Shown here: one piece after another, positions 1 through 11,826 of the stretch
Layout of the letters: each line of letters begins with the position of its first letter
How positions within the stretch are numbered: the first letter of the stretch is position 1
From: Eledone cirrhosa
Lineage: Eukaryota
Length of the DNA stretch: 64,000 nucleotides
Assembly (NCBI GenBank): GCA_964016885.1
Contig: OZ024752.1
Coordinates: 49,352,001-49,416,000 of the forward strand
Direction: 5' to 3'
Notes under the pieces: model-generated
What the model was told of the DNA's origin: nothing
Seen by the model: the letters and a program-made list of their open reading frames with translations, nothing else
Database searches by the model: none
Translations under genes and position numbers: made by a program

Positions 1-193
1 TGTGTGCATGTACGTGTGTGCGTTTGTGTGTCTGTCTGTGTGTCTGTATTTCTGTCTCTTCTTTAACCATTTTTTATACCAACCTGGTTCTGGTTCTATG
101 AAACAAAGTTGTTCCTGTTTAAATCAAAATCTAACACAATTTCAAGAGAAAAACTGGCACTAGTTTGGTTCTATGAAACAAACCATCCATTTT

Positions 194-345
194 ATCATCA
201 TCATCATCATCATCATATGTCCGCTTTTCCCTGCTTGCAGGGGTGGGACGGGTCCTATTCATCACAGCATCTCTCCACTTGTCACGGTCCCTTGTCATCT
301 CCACCGTTAGCTTCAGCGATCTGAAGTCTGCTCTCACCACCTCCC
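194..345 (-). mobile_element. RTE-clade LINE 3' end (ORF2 C-terminus plus (GAT)n tail)
   Basis: Minus strand encodes VVRADFRSLKLTVEMTRDRDKWRDAVMNRTRPTP (DR..WR C-terminal motif) followed by a (gat)n tail; homologous copy at 8304-8460. Confidence 0.75.
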
Positions 346-435
346 TCTCTCTCTTTCTCTCTCTCTCTAACTCTCTAGAGAGAGAGACTGACTCTGTGTT
401 ACATAATATTTCTTCAATATAGGTCTCAGACAATA

Positions 436-626
436 TAATTGCTTTTACTTTTGGCACAAGGCCAGCAATTACCCCAGTGTATTACTGGTACTTTATTTTA
501 TCGACCCCCGTAAGGATGAAAGGCAAAGTTAACCTCGGCGGGATTTGAACTCAGAATGGCAAGGGCCGTAACTCCATGCGTCAAAGCATGGCATCCAACC
601 CTCTACCGATACTGCCAATCCACCGA
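436..626 (-). mobile_element. tRNA-derived SINE family A (Nin/Deu-like core)
   Basis: A-box-like tggcagtatcggt, B-box gagttcaaatcc, core gcctttcatccttacggggtcgataaaataaagtaccag; more than 15 copies in the window. Confidence 0.85.
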
Positions 627-1088
627 TATAATGTTAGTCTCCTATTGGCTCTGGTCTGCTACTAATTACAAACTACATATCTGATGGCAGCTTCTCTATA
701 AAACTGCTCTCCATTCTACATTAAACTCATCATAAATGATAATCTGCTACTAAATGCACATCTTGCTCAACTATGAAGGATTTCCACTCCACTCCATTAC
801 TAAATATTCTGTGAGATTACTAATGACTAAATCTGATTTAATTATCTATCCATCATTAAGAATTAAAAGATTTCAGTGTCATCATTTCCCAGAGAATAAG
901 AATGTGTATGGAGGACTATTTACTTGTCAAACTGAAAGAATGGTTTATTTTTCTTCTTCCGTGTGTTCTTTTCCATTAAAGCATTAGTAAGTTAGGTAGA
1001 TCTTCAAATTTTGACATATACAAAGATTAGCTGCCGACGGATATGGTCTTTAAGGTGTTATGCTGTCATTAACAGGAAGATCAGCTGT

Positions 1089-1313
1089 TTATATCATATC
1101 AATGGCACTATATGACTTCTCCAGTGCTCCTCTCTCACCGTCCTCAGGGAAAATGCCTTCTCTATTCTGTCCGCCGGGGTCGCGGAGCAGCCAGGCCACC
1201 AGGGCTGGCTTTGTGGTGGCCAGCGCATGGGCCTTCAATTGCTCATAATTGTGAGAGATGGGGAGAGCTGGAGAGGCAGTGACAGTGGGAGTTTGGTTCC
1301 TTTGTGTTCGGAC
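1089..1313 (-). CDS. Candidate terminal coding exon of an unidentified minus-strand gene
   Basis: GC-rich unique sequence; stop-free frame 1487->1089 ending ...SHNYEQLKAHALATTKPALVAWLLRDPGGQNREGIFPEDGERGALEKSYSAIDMI*; pyrimidine-rich acceptors would start the exon at 1313 (phase 0) or 1267 (phase 1); 5' boundary uncertain. Confidence 0.45.
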   Translation of the reverse strand, partial: VRTQRNQTPTVTASPALPISHNYEQLKAHALATTKPALVAWLLRDPGGQNREGIFPEDGERGALEKSYSAIDMI

Positions 1314-1478
1314 CTGGTGTATATGAGAGATGGAGAGAGCAAGAGAGATGGAGGCAGTGACAGTGGGAGTTTGGTTCCTTTGTGTTCGGACCTGGTGTAT
1401 ATGAGAGATGGAGAGAGCAAGAGAGATGGAGGCAGTGACAGTGGGAGTTTGGTTCCTTTGTGTTCGGACCTGGTGTAT
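1270..1478. repeat. 78-bp minisatellite, about 2.7 copies
   Basis: gacagtgggagtttggttcc recurs at 1281, 1359 and 1437. Confidence 0.95.
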
Positions 1479-2255
1479 AAGTATGTTTCATGGACACACA
1501 CTCAGTGTCACTGGTGGTAGCCCTTTTTTGCTTACCCTGTGTTAAATAATTACAATAAAATAAAGCAACAGGAATATCATACACCAATTATTGTGTGTAC
1601 ATATCGATGGTAAACATCAGACACTAAAGATCAGACACTAATGGGGTTTGTTATGTTAGGAAGGGAATCCAGCTGTAGAAGCCAAGCCAAAGTGACTTCT
1701 GTATGAGCATTAAAACTACAAACCTACTTCACAGCCACCATTAAATCTACTTCGCTCTTCACAGCCACCATTACCACCATCACAACCATCAAGCCACCAC
1801 CACCACCACCACCACCAACACCACAGCCACTACAACCCTCAAGACCACCACCACCATCACCATTAAAACTACTCCCCACTTCACAACCACCACCACCAAG
1901 ACCACCACCACCACCACCACCAACACCATCCCTCCAACCACCACTACCAACACCATCCCTCCAACCACCGCTACCATCAACACCACCACCATCAACACCA
2001 TCACCACTTACACCACCACCACTACCACCACAATGGTGGTGGTGATGGTGATGGTGGTTGATGGGGTGGTGGTGGTGGTGGTGGTGGTCATGGTGGTGGT
2101 GGAAGGGTGGTGGTGGAAGGGATGGTGGTGGTGGTGATTGTGTTAAGCAATATTTGATTATATTTATTTCTCTCTTCATCTCTTCACCTCTTCACCTCTC
2201 TTCTTGTCACACACACACACACATATACACTACACACACACACACACATATACAC

Positions 2256-2296
<41 letters not shown>

Positions 2297-2523
2297 TATA
2301 CACACACTGTCTTGTGTGCAATTTGACTCCTACAGGCAGCCATTGTCTTATTTAGCTTGTGTATAAATGTAACCTTTAGGTTTATCATATCGTAACTGTC
2401 ATATTATATATTATATATATATGATATATATATAATATATATATATATATCTAATATATATCTATATCTATATATATATATATATATATATATAGCAGAG
2501 TATATAAGTTTTAAGATAGAAGT

Positions 2524-2572
2524 GCTTCTACAGGACTAGAACTGTTTCATTCGTGAGAAATCATCAGGAAGC
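2524..2572 (-). ncRNA. Type I hammerhead ribozyme motif
   Basis: Minus: GCUUC-CUGAUGA-u UUC ucac GAA u-GAAAC AG uucuaguc CU GUA-GAAGC; helix I GCUUC/GAAGC; within a ~90-bp module between (TA)n tracts. Confidence 0.7.
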
Positions 2573-2642
2573 TGACTGTCCAAGTAAATATATATATATA
2601 TATATATAAATTCTTTATACCCGCATTTCCATTTCATAAACT

Positions 2643-2817
<175 letters not shown>

Positions 2818-3344
2818 GTAGAATAATCGAGAATCGGAAAAATATATATATATATTTAAAGTTATGAAACGAAAGGAGCTGTGTGGTTAGTAAAAACAAG
2901 GTTTAGGTTACGAAAAACAAGGTTTAGGTTACTAAAAACAAGGTTTAGTAAAAACAAATATACATATGTACATATATCATCATCATCATTTTATGTCCAC
3001 TTTTCCCTGATATATATATATATATATATATATCCCTGTTTCTTCCTATATATATATATATATATGAGAGAGAGACCCAATATAAATGTGTTGGTGACCA
3101 TCTGCTTACAGATCTGTCCAGTTCCTAATCTGCTTTGTTCTGAGATTTATATATTTTCTCCCCTCTCTCCACCCCCCTCTCTCGCTCTGTCAATATTTAT
3201 CTCTCTCTCTCTCCCTCTCTCTCGCTCTCTCCATCTCTTCTATTCAGTCTCTATTTCCCTCTCAATAAAGGCCCCAGTCTTTATTTCGTTGTGGTTCACT
3301 GATTTGTGTAGTTGCTTTGTATTTGTTCTTTCACCATAAAATAT

Positions 3345-4677
3345 ATTCATGTGTATGTGTATATATGTATATATGTGTTAATGTGCATGTATGTTTATAT
3401 GTATGTATGTATGTATGTGTATTTATATGTATGTATATATGTGTGTTTATGTGCATGTGCGTTTATATGTATGTATGTATGTATATGTGTTAATGTGCAT
3501 GTATATATGTATGTATCTATGTATATATGTTTTAATGTGCATGTTGGATATATGTATATATATGTGTATATGTGTGTGTGTGTGTGTGTATATGTATGTA
3601 TGTATCTATGCATGTATGTATATATGTGTTAATGTGCATGTTGGATGTATCTATGTATATATATGTGTATATGTGTGTGTGTGTGTGTATGTATGTATGT
3701 GTGTGTATATGTATGTATGTATCTATGCATGAATGTATATATGTGTTAATGTGCATGTTGGATGTATCTATGTATATATATGTGTATATGTGTGTGTGTG
3801 TGTATGTATGTGTGTGTGTGTATATGTATGTATGTATCTATGCATGTATGTATATATGTGTTAATGTGTATGTATGTGTGTGTATATGTATGTATGTATC
3901 TATGCATGAATGTATATATGTGTTAATGTGCATGTTGGATGTATCTATGTATATATATGTGTATATGTATGTATGTGTGTGTGTGTATATGTATGTATGT
4001 GTATATATGTATGTATGTATATGTATGTATATCATATGATTGAATGTATGTTTGTATATGTGTGTATATATGTATATATATAGAATATGTATGTATGAAT
4101 GAGCTCATATATAGATTATGTATGTATGTATGTGTTCATGCATATGTATGCATGTATATGTGTTAATCTGTATGTATGTGTTTGTGTATATGTATGTATG
4201 TATGAGCTCATATATAGATTATGTATGTATGTATGTGTTTATGTATGTATATATGTGTTAATGTGTATGTATGTGTGTGTGTGTATATGTATGTATGTGT
4301 GTGTGTATATGTATGTATGTATATGTATGTATATCATATGATTGAATGTATGTTTGTATATGTGTGTATATATGTATATATATAGAATATGTATGTATGA
4401 ATGAGCTCATATATAGATTATGTATGTATGTATGTATGTGTTTATGTATGTATGCATGTGTTAATGTGTATGTATGTGTTTGTGTATATGTATGTATGTA
4501 TGTGTTTATGTATGTATATATGTGTTAATGTGTATGTATGTGTGTGTGTATATGTATGTATGTATGTATGAAAGAGCTCATACATATTTATAAAGAGAAA
4601 TATTTAGTTAAATATCCATACACACATCATATACACATTCATACTCAATCATACACACACACACATACATACACATT

Positions 4678-4709
<32 letters not shown>

Positions 4710-4830
4710 TACACATGGCCAGTCAATATATCACACATATACACACACACACACATATACACACACATACACATGGCCAGTCAATATATCACACACACAC
4801 ATATATACACACACACACACACACACATGT
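3345..4830. repeat. Degenerate (TATG)/(TG)/(CA) compound array with higher-order duplications
   Basis: Repeated tgttaatgtgcatgttggat blocks and duplicated gagctcatatatagatt blocks. Confidence 0.85.
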
Positions 4831-4854
4831 CTGTTCAATACATGACACATAAAT

Positions 4855-5045
4855 ATACATCTGCTCTGTTATTCGTGTGTAACCGCACCTAGATCTATTA
4901 TGCAACCATAGTTTACATAAGGTACACAATAGAGAGTTCCTATCAACCCCTCTTCTCAATATTCAGTGCAGCAATCTCCCCAATGGCTGTAGAATCCTGT
5001 CTTCTGTCTTGCACAATTGTGACTTTTGTCTTTGCCAGGCTTACT
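4855..5045 (-). mobile_element. Degenerate RTE LINE ORF2 internal fragment
   Basis: Minus frames give SLAKTKV, then after a frameshift and stop RRGVDRNSLLCTLCKLWLHNR, resembling the post-RT KTK..CxxCxxWxH region; interrupted by a MITE at a TTAA. Confidence 0.6.
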
Positions 5046-5476
5046 TTAATCCGTTAGTGTTTACAATACCCTATATATACTATTATATTTTCACAGTAAA
5101 GGCTTTATCTCACTTAATTATCTCACATAATATTGAATTTACGAGATTTTCATATTATCTATTTTGAGAACAATACCAGTTATGGCCGGTTCGAACAGAA
5201 AGATGAGAGAATTCTGGCCAGATATGGCCAGTTTAAATGCTAAAGGGTTAACCCATTAGCATTTACAATACCCTATATATACTATTATATTTTCACAGTA
5301 AAGGCTTTATCTTACTTAATTATCTCACATAATATCGAATATATGATAATTTGATATTATTTATTTTGAGAACAATACCTTAACATCAGTATGAGTTGCC
5401 AGTTACGGCCAGTTCGAACAGAAAGATGGGAGAGAATTCTGGCCGGATACGGCCGGTTTAAATACTAAAGGGTTAA
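5046..5476 (-). mobile_element. Two tandem piggyBac-type MITEs (family P1) sharing a central TTAA
   Basis: TTAA at 5046, 5248 and 5473; termini ccc(t/a)ttagcattta ... taaatgctaaaggg. Confidence 0.8.
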
Positions 5477-5569
5477 GCCTCTTGTGTCTTTGTTAAGTTT
5501 ACTTTATCTTGTGAGGATTTTACAGAAAATGTCTAAAAACAGCTTTGCCTATTCAAAAGTTATATCTTC

Positions 5570-5730
5570 TTTTTCTTCTTGTTGGCTTCCTTATTCCTGA
5601 GAGGGTCATGGAGACAAAGTCCTCAAAACACTCCTTCCAGTGGGTCCTGTCAGAAGCTGTGGTCTCTTACATATCAAGCTGGATCCCCAACCCATGCCAG
5701 TATGAAAAGTAGACTTCTGATGATGGGGAT
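5570..5730. mobile_element. Old LINE/SINE 3'-end fragments
   Basis: Minus ETTASDRTHWKECF followed by an aag-rich tail; plus-strand aacccatgccagtatgaaaagtagac RTE-like tail. Confidence 0.4.
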
Positions 5731-5903
5731 GTTAAAAATGACAATTTAGTTTTATCTTTCGAAATACAAACATGTTTTCCTTTGTACCAAAATCTTTCTG
5801 GCAGAACTTTAAAAACGAAAGCAAATTTATTCTGCATTTAAAAAAAATATATTGATGAACCTTTGGTGGCGTTGGCGCTGGTGGTGAAGAGGATTATGAT
5901 ATA

Positions 5904-5952
<49 letters not shown>

Positions 5953-6239
5953 CACACACATAGTCAGAGAGAGAAGGGTGGGGAGAGAAAGACCAAGAGA
6001 AGTGGAAAAGATTAGATTAGATTAGATTTAAAAAAAACAGTTGGGGGTGGACATCACTAGAAATACCCTCAAGAACTCTACCTTCCCTGTCAGAAGTGGT
6101 AGAGGTCCTTATTTATTTAGACTGACCAAATCATGGCCTGGCCTGGCCTGGTCTAGTCTGGTCTGGTCTGGCCTGGTCCTAGATTCCTCCTGTTGGTTCT
6201 TTTGTTCTCAAACATCTGCCAATGTTAAGAAAAATAAAT

Positions 6240-6306
<67 letters not shown>

Positions 6307-6483
6307 TAAGCAGTAGTTATCCCATTTTATCACTGGAACAAACTAAAAGATAAAACCTCAACTCAGCTGGTTGTAAACTTCTTTATCAGCTTCTCCATAT
6401 TATTTATATATATTTGTTTTAATCACAAAGCTTTCTGACATATTTGTCATCTAAGAAGCAGCAGATATTTTATTGTCTACCAT

Positions 6484-6790
6484 CTTTTTCTTCTTCTTCA
6501 TTTTTTTCTTCTTCTTCTTTTCTTTTTCTTTTTCTTTTTATTTTTCGTTTTCTTTTTCTTTTTCTTTTTCGTTTTCTTTTTCGTTTTCTTTTTCTTTTTC
6601 TTTTTCTTCGTTTTCTTTTTCTTTTTCTTCGTTTTCTTCTTTTTCTTTTTCTTCGTTTTCTTTTTCTTTTTCTTCGTTTTCTTCTTTTTCTTCTTTTTCT
6701 TCTTTTTCTTTTTCTTCTTTTTCTTCGTTTTCTTCTTTTTCTTCTTCTTTTTTTCCTTTCTTCTTTATCTTCTTTTTCTCCTTCCTCCTC
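6484..6790. repeat. Polypyrimidine (TTTTTC/TTC)n tract
   Basis: Direct reading; source of the R/K-rich and F/L-rich pseudo-ORFs. Confidence 0.9.
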
Positions 6791-7237
6791 CTCTCCCCCC
6801 ATCGCCCTCTTCTCCTTCCTCTTCCTACTCCTCATCTCTTCTACGATCCTCCCCCTACTCTACCACCTTCCTTCCCACTCCCCCTCCGTCACATCATCAT
6901 CATCGCCATTATGTAATAACTGAACTTTATTGTTTCCTAATGATGTATTATTATATTTTACCATTGATTTTTGTTTTGTTTTTTGTTTTGTTTTGTTCTG
7001 TTACTGCTATTGTTGTTGTTGTTGTTGTTGTTATCCCACCTCCTCCTCCCCCTCCTATTTATCATCATCATCATCAATTGCATCTATTGTATATATTCTG
7101 GTGTCCATACACTTACACACACATTCAGATACACACATACATATTCATATATATATATATGTATATATCTAATATATATATATATATATATGACTTCTAT
7201 AAGTATGGTAGTATTATATATATATATACATATATAG

Positions 7238-7503
7238 TGAAGGCGCATGCCTTAGTGGTTACAGCATTAGGCTTGCAATCGAAAGGTTGTGAGTTCAATT
7301 CTCAGACCGGGTGATGTGTTGTTTCCTTGAGCAAGACACTTTATTTCACATTGCTCCAGTTTACTCAGCTGTAGAAATGAGATGAAGAGGTACTGGTCTG
7401 CCCACCCACCCAGTGGGATGGCGTTATCTTATGGCTAAAACAGCACGAAGTGCTGTGCCCAGCAGCGCCGAATGGACGCCCGACAGACTGGTTGGTCAAG
7501 GTG
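7238..7503 (+). mobile_element. tRNA-derived SINE family B (Meta/MESC-like core)
   Basis: A-box tgccttagtggtt, B-box gagttcaattc, core gtttccttgagcaagacactttatttcacattgctccagtttactcagctgtagaaatg; minus-strand copies at 35085-35255 and 58680-58852. Confidence 0.8.
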
Positions 7504-7516
7504 ATATATATATATT

Positions 7517-7548
<32 letters not shown>

Positions 7549-7704
7549 TATGTATGTATATATTAACGAGGTTAATGTATCAACTATAATGTCGTTTGCA
7601 CGCATCAACACTCAATGAATTATGGAATAAACTTGTAAGGAACCAAACCTGTCTCAGAGTGCTTACCAAGTGTGTATATATATATATATTTGACTATATA
7701 CATA

Positions 7705-7918
7705 TTATTCACTATATATATATTTCACTATATATATATATATATTTCACTATATATATATATATATTTCACTATATATATATATATATATGTTATTCAC
7801 TATATATATATATGTTATTCACTATATATATATTTCACTATATATATATATGTTATTCACTATATATATATATATTTCACTATATATATATGTTATTCAC
7901 TATATATATATTTCACTA
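7705..7918. repeat. (ttcac[ta]n) variable-unit minisatellite
   Basis: About 10 ttcactatat units. Confidence 0.85.
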
Positions 7919-7998
7919 GTATATATGACAACAGTTTCATTAATTATAGAGAAAGGTATATTGAAAATGACAGGTGAAATCATAGATACATTTCTCAC

Positions 7999-8148
7999 CT
8001 AAAGACTTCACAGTCAGCTTGTATTTAATAAAAAAAATATTACACTTTGATCTTAGCCCAAAAAACCAACCATTTGCAAATGTGATAGTGCATGTGACCT
8101 GCTGGAAATGGTGGGTCATAACGACATATAAGGACTTAGACATTTCTA
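7999..8148 (-). CDS. Candidate 150-bp phase 1-1 exon
   Basis: ttttatag| acceptor (NAGNAG), TTAG|gtgaga donor; the only open frame reads EMSKSLYVVMTHHFQQVTCTITFANGWFFGLRSKCNIFFIKYKLTVKSL. Confidence 0.3.
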
Positions 8149-8303
8149 CTATAAAACAATGACATTTTTTTTTTGTTTGTTCCACTGATTGGTTGATAAC
8201 ACTTGCAAAATCCAGTTTTATTGATTTACTGTCATCAGTTTTAACTATGGAAGAATATCAGCGACATAATCAAAATTGTAAATAGTTTCATTATGGAATA
8301 CAT

Positions 8304-8460
8304 TCATCATTATCATTTTACATCCACTTTTCTCTGCTTGCAAGGGTGGGACAGGTCCTATTCAGCACAACATCTCTCCATTCATCACGGTCCTTCGTCA
8401 TCTCCTCCGTGAGCTTCAGCGATCTAAGGTCCACTCACACCACCTCCGCCCATGTTTTTC
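8304..8460 (-). mobile_element. RTE LINE 3' end
   Basis: Homologous to 194-345; KTWAEVV..DLRSLKLTEEMTKDRDEWR. Confidence 0.75.
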
Positions 8461-8470
8461 GTTTTTTGAA

Positions 8471-8689
8471 AACTTTTTAGCATTTAAACCGGTTGTATCC
8501 AGCCAGAATGCTCTCGCCTCTTTCTGTTAAAACCAACTGTAATGTAACTAACTACTCATGCTTATGTTAAGGTATTGTTCTCAAAGTAAATAGCATCAAA
8601 ATCTCATAGATTTGATATTATGTGAGATAAACCCTTTACCATGAAAATATATTAGTAAATATAGAGTAATGTAAATGTTAAAGGGTTAA
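8471..8689 (+). mobile_element. piggyBac-type MITE P1
   Basis: tttagcatttaaaccgg ... taaatgttaaagggttaa. Confidence 0.75.
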
Positions 8690-8904
8690 ATACTATTGGC
8701 AGTGTCAGTAGAGTGTCGGACAACATGCTTTGTGGCATTGAGTTATGGCCCTTTACGTTCCTGCTTTAACACTAAAGGGTTAAAGAAGGTTAGTTTTGAA
8801 TCCATGTGGCATTAATAATTTTGTCGTAGTGGATTTGCCAATATTTCGATACACATTTCTCAGCCTAATGTAACTCAATGTTGTTTTTTATTACCATTAT
8901 TATT

Positions 8905-9345
8905 GTGGACTGGCAGTATCGGTAGAGGGTCGGGCACCATGCTTTAACGCATAGAGTTACGGCCCTTTCCATTCTGAGTTCAAATCCCGCCAAGGTTAAC
9001 TTTGCCTTTCATCCTTACGGGGGGGTCGATAAAATAAAGTACCAGTAATGTACTGGGTAATTGCTGGCCTTGTGCCTAAAGTAGAAAAAAAAAAAAATTA
9101 TTATTGGTGGATTGGCAGAATCGGTAGAGAGTTGGACACCAAGCTCTGCAGCATAGAGTTGTGGCCCTTTACGGTCTGAGTTCAAATCCTGCCGAGGTTA
9201 ACTTTGCCTTTCATCCTTACGGGGGGGGGGGGGGGGGGGGGGTTCGATAAAATAAAGAATCCAATTACGCACTGGGGGTCGATTTAATTGACTTTCCCTT
9301 CCCCTAAAATTGCTGGCCTTGTGCCTATATAAGAAACCATTATTA
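8905..9345 (+). mobile_element. Two tandem SINE A copies (second is a longer form with a poly-G expansion)
   Basis: Heads at about 8905 and 9105 with the conserved core. Confidence 0.85.
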
Positions 9346-9696
9346 TTATTATTATTATTATTATTAATATTATTATTTGTATTATCGTTATTGATTACTT
9401 TCTAATTTAATCTTGACATTCAATAATGAAAGTATTTTAAGAAACGGAAGCATCCTGTAATGAAACTATTTACATTCTCAATTATTTCTTCAATATCCTT
9501 CCATAGTTAAGGATGATGACAGTAAATCGATGAAACATATGTTTTGGTGGTAGTTAGTGTGGAACACTTTCATTATAGTTATAAAAATTTAATTAAAAAT
9601 GAAGGTAATATATTTACAAAAATATTACAATATTATTTACAAAACACTGAAAAATTATTATTATTCTAGAAATTCTTTTATCCCAATATTATTTGT

Positions 9697-9882
9697 AGGA
9701 TTGGCAGAATCGGTAGAGGGTCGGGCGCCATGCTTTGCAGCATAGAGTTATGGCCCTTTATGTACTGAGTTCAAATCCCGCCGAGGTTAACTTTGCCTTT
9801 CATCCTTACGAGGTCGATAAAATAAAGTACCAGTAATACACTGGGATAATTGCTGGCCTTGTGCCAAAAGTAGAAACAATTA
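9697..9882 (+). mobile_element. SINE A
   Basis: Full head-core-tail match. Confidence 0.85.
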
Positions 9883-10008
9883 TTCATAGTGTAACTATAG
9901 TTCTGCTTAAAACATAAAACCAAGCCCTTACTCCAAGCCATTCTCATTTTTATTCTCAAATACATCTCCCTGATTCCCGCTTTTTTGTTTGTTGGTCAGA
10001 GTAGTGTG

Positions 10009-10269
10009 TTAACACTTTTGTTATTAAACCACCTGAAACCATATCCGGTTCTATAATAGAAAATTTGTCTATTTCAAAGTATTTATATTTATCTAAAAGT
10101 TTATATCCATCTAAAAACTTTCCATCATTATTTTTATGTAAAAACCTTTAAGTTCTGTTCCAAACACCACTTTAATAATGGTGAACAAGTTAGTTATAAT
10201 TCTAGTTCTTTCAAAATTCTTCATTATTTTCAAAATGGTTTCAAAATCCTATGGTAAAGAAAGGTTTAA
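10009..10269. mobile_element. Degenerate TTAA-flanked MITE (family P2)
   Basis: Starts ttaacacttttgttattaaaccacctgaaacc, similar to the termini at 63 and 24044; ends aaggtttaa. Confidence 0.45.
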
Positions 10270-10644
10270 ACTCTGCATCGTCTCACTTTTTGTTATTTGA
10301 CAGTCTGTTATCTTCACACTATCTTCTTGGCATGGCACCAAACAAAAACCGTTCCAACAGCTAGTTCCACTCTGGAACTAGCTGTTGGAATGACAAGAGC
10401 TCAGCCATCGGGCTCCAATCTTTCTAATATATATATTTATGTCCAACCCATTCAAGCAGATGTAAAAACAATATATTTATTATAAGAACAAATTAAAGTT
10501 TAAACAAAGAATCGCTGCTTATTGAACCCTCTTTGGATTTTAGTCTTCATATTTATTGTTACTATATATATATATATGAACCATTAAGGTATATTATCCT
10601 TGGTTATGACAAATATTTATGTCAAATATTTATAAAACATTTTG

Positions 10645-10705
10645 TATTTTATCTGATGATAGCGTACCAAAATTTTGGTACCCTTGAAATATATATAATA
10701 GAATA
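10645..10705 (+). ncRNA. Minimal type I hammerhead ribozyme motif
   Basis: UAUUUUAU-CUGAUGA-uagc GUACCAA aauu UUGGUAC ccuu-GAAAU auau AUA-AUAGAAUA; 8-bp helix I with one G-U pair. Confidence 0.6.
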
Positions 10706-10747
10706 AATATGGTTTTATAAATATAATTTCCATTTATTTAATATCAT

Positions 10748-10811
<64 letters not shown>

Positions 10812-11065
10812 TTTCAATATATAAAAAAAGGAGAAAAGTACTCAATACAAAAGTAGAGTGTAAATATTTATTGTGGTTGTGTGTGTGTCTGTGTGTGTGT
10901 GTGTGTACATACATACACTCACACATATATATATTCCACACATATATATATTCCACTGTATTCTAAGTTTGTTATCTCTGTCAGTATATTGTCAACAGAC
11001 TCCGCCACCACCTACCTTCCAAATGTCACAACAACAACAACAACAACATCTTAAGTAACAACAAT

Positions 11066-11808
11066 GGGGAAAGGGAGGAGGAGAGGAAAGGGAGAAAATA
11101 GTAGAGTAGGAGAGGAGAGAGAGAGAAGGAAAATGAGGAGAGAAGAGAGAGGAAGTAAATGAGGAGAGAAGGAAAGAAAAGGGAGAATAGAGATAGAGGA
11201 GAAGAGATGTGAAGGAGAGAGAGAAGAGTGATTGGGAGGAGAGAGGGAGAAGAAAACTAGAAGAGATAGCGAGGGAGAGTAGAAGGAGATGAGAAGTAGA
11301 GGGAGGAGATAAGAGTGAGAGGGAGAAGGAAAAGTAGATCTGAGAAGTAGAGAGGGAGAGAAGTGAGGTTAGAGGAGGAGGAGAGGAGAAGAAAAGTAGA
11401 AGAAACAGTGAGGGAGAGAGAAGTGAGGTTAGAGGAGAAGAAAAGTAGAAGAGAAGAGACAGTGAGGGAGAGAGAAGTGAGGTTAGAGGAGGAGAAGAAA
11501 AGTAGAAGAGATGTGAGATAGAGAGGGAGAAGAGTAAGAGGAGAAGGAGAAGAAAAGTAGAAGAGATGTGAGATAGAGGGAGAGAGAGAAGAGTAAGAGG
11601 AGAAGGAGAAGAAAAGTAGAAGAGATGTGAGATAGAGAGGGAGAGAAGTGAGGTTAGAGGAGAAAGAGAAGAGAAGAGGAGAAGGAGAGAAGTGAGGTTA
11701 GAGGAGAAGGAGAAGAGAAGAGGGAGAGAGAAGTGAGGTTAGAGGAGAAGGAGAAGAAAAGTAGAAGAGAGAGAGAGAAGAGTGAGAGGGGGAAGAAAGA
11801 GAAGAAAT
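11066..11808. repeat. Polypurine (GA-rich) tract with higher-order units
   Basis: Repeated gaagtgaggttagagg and aaaagtagaagag blocks. Confidence 0.9.
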
Positions 11809-11826
11809 ATTTCTTGGATTATTTAG

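Noticed and set aside
6067-6216. Minus-strand exon-like segment
   Set aside because: Stops in all three frames and a weak donor; at most non-coding and unsupported
6470-6835. Protamine-like Arg/Lys-rich ORF
   Set aside because: Reverse complement of a TTTTTC/TTC tract, open in several frames, with no gene context
7238-7312. tRNA gene
   Set aside because: The tRNA-like head continues into a SINE core found in several copies, and acceptor-stem pairing is not evident
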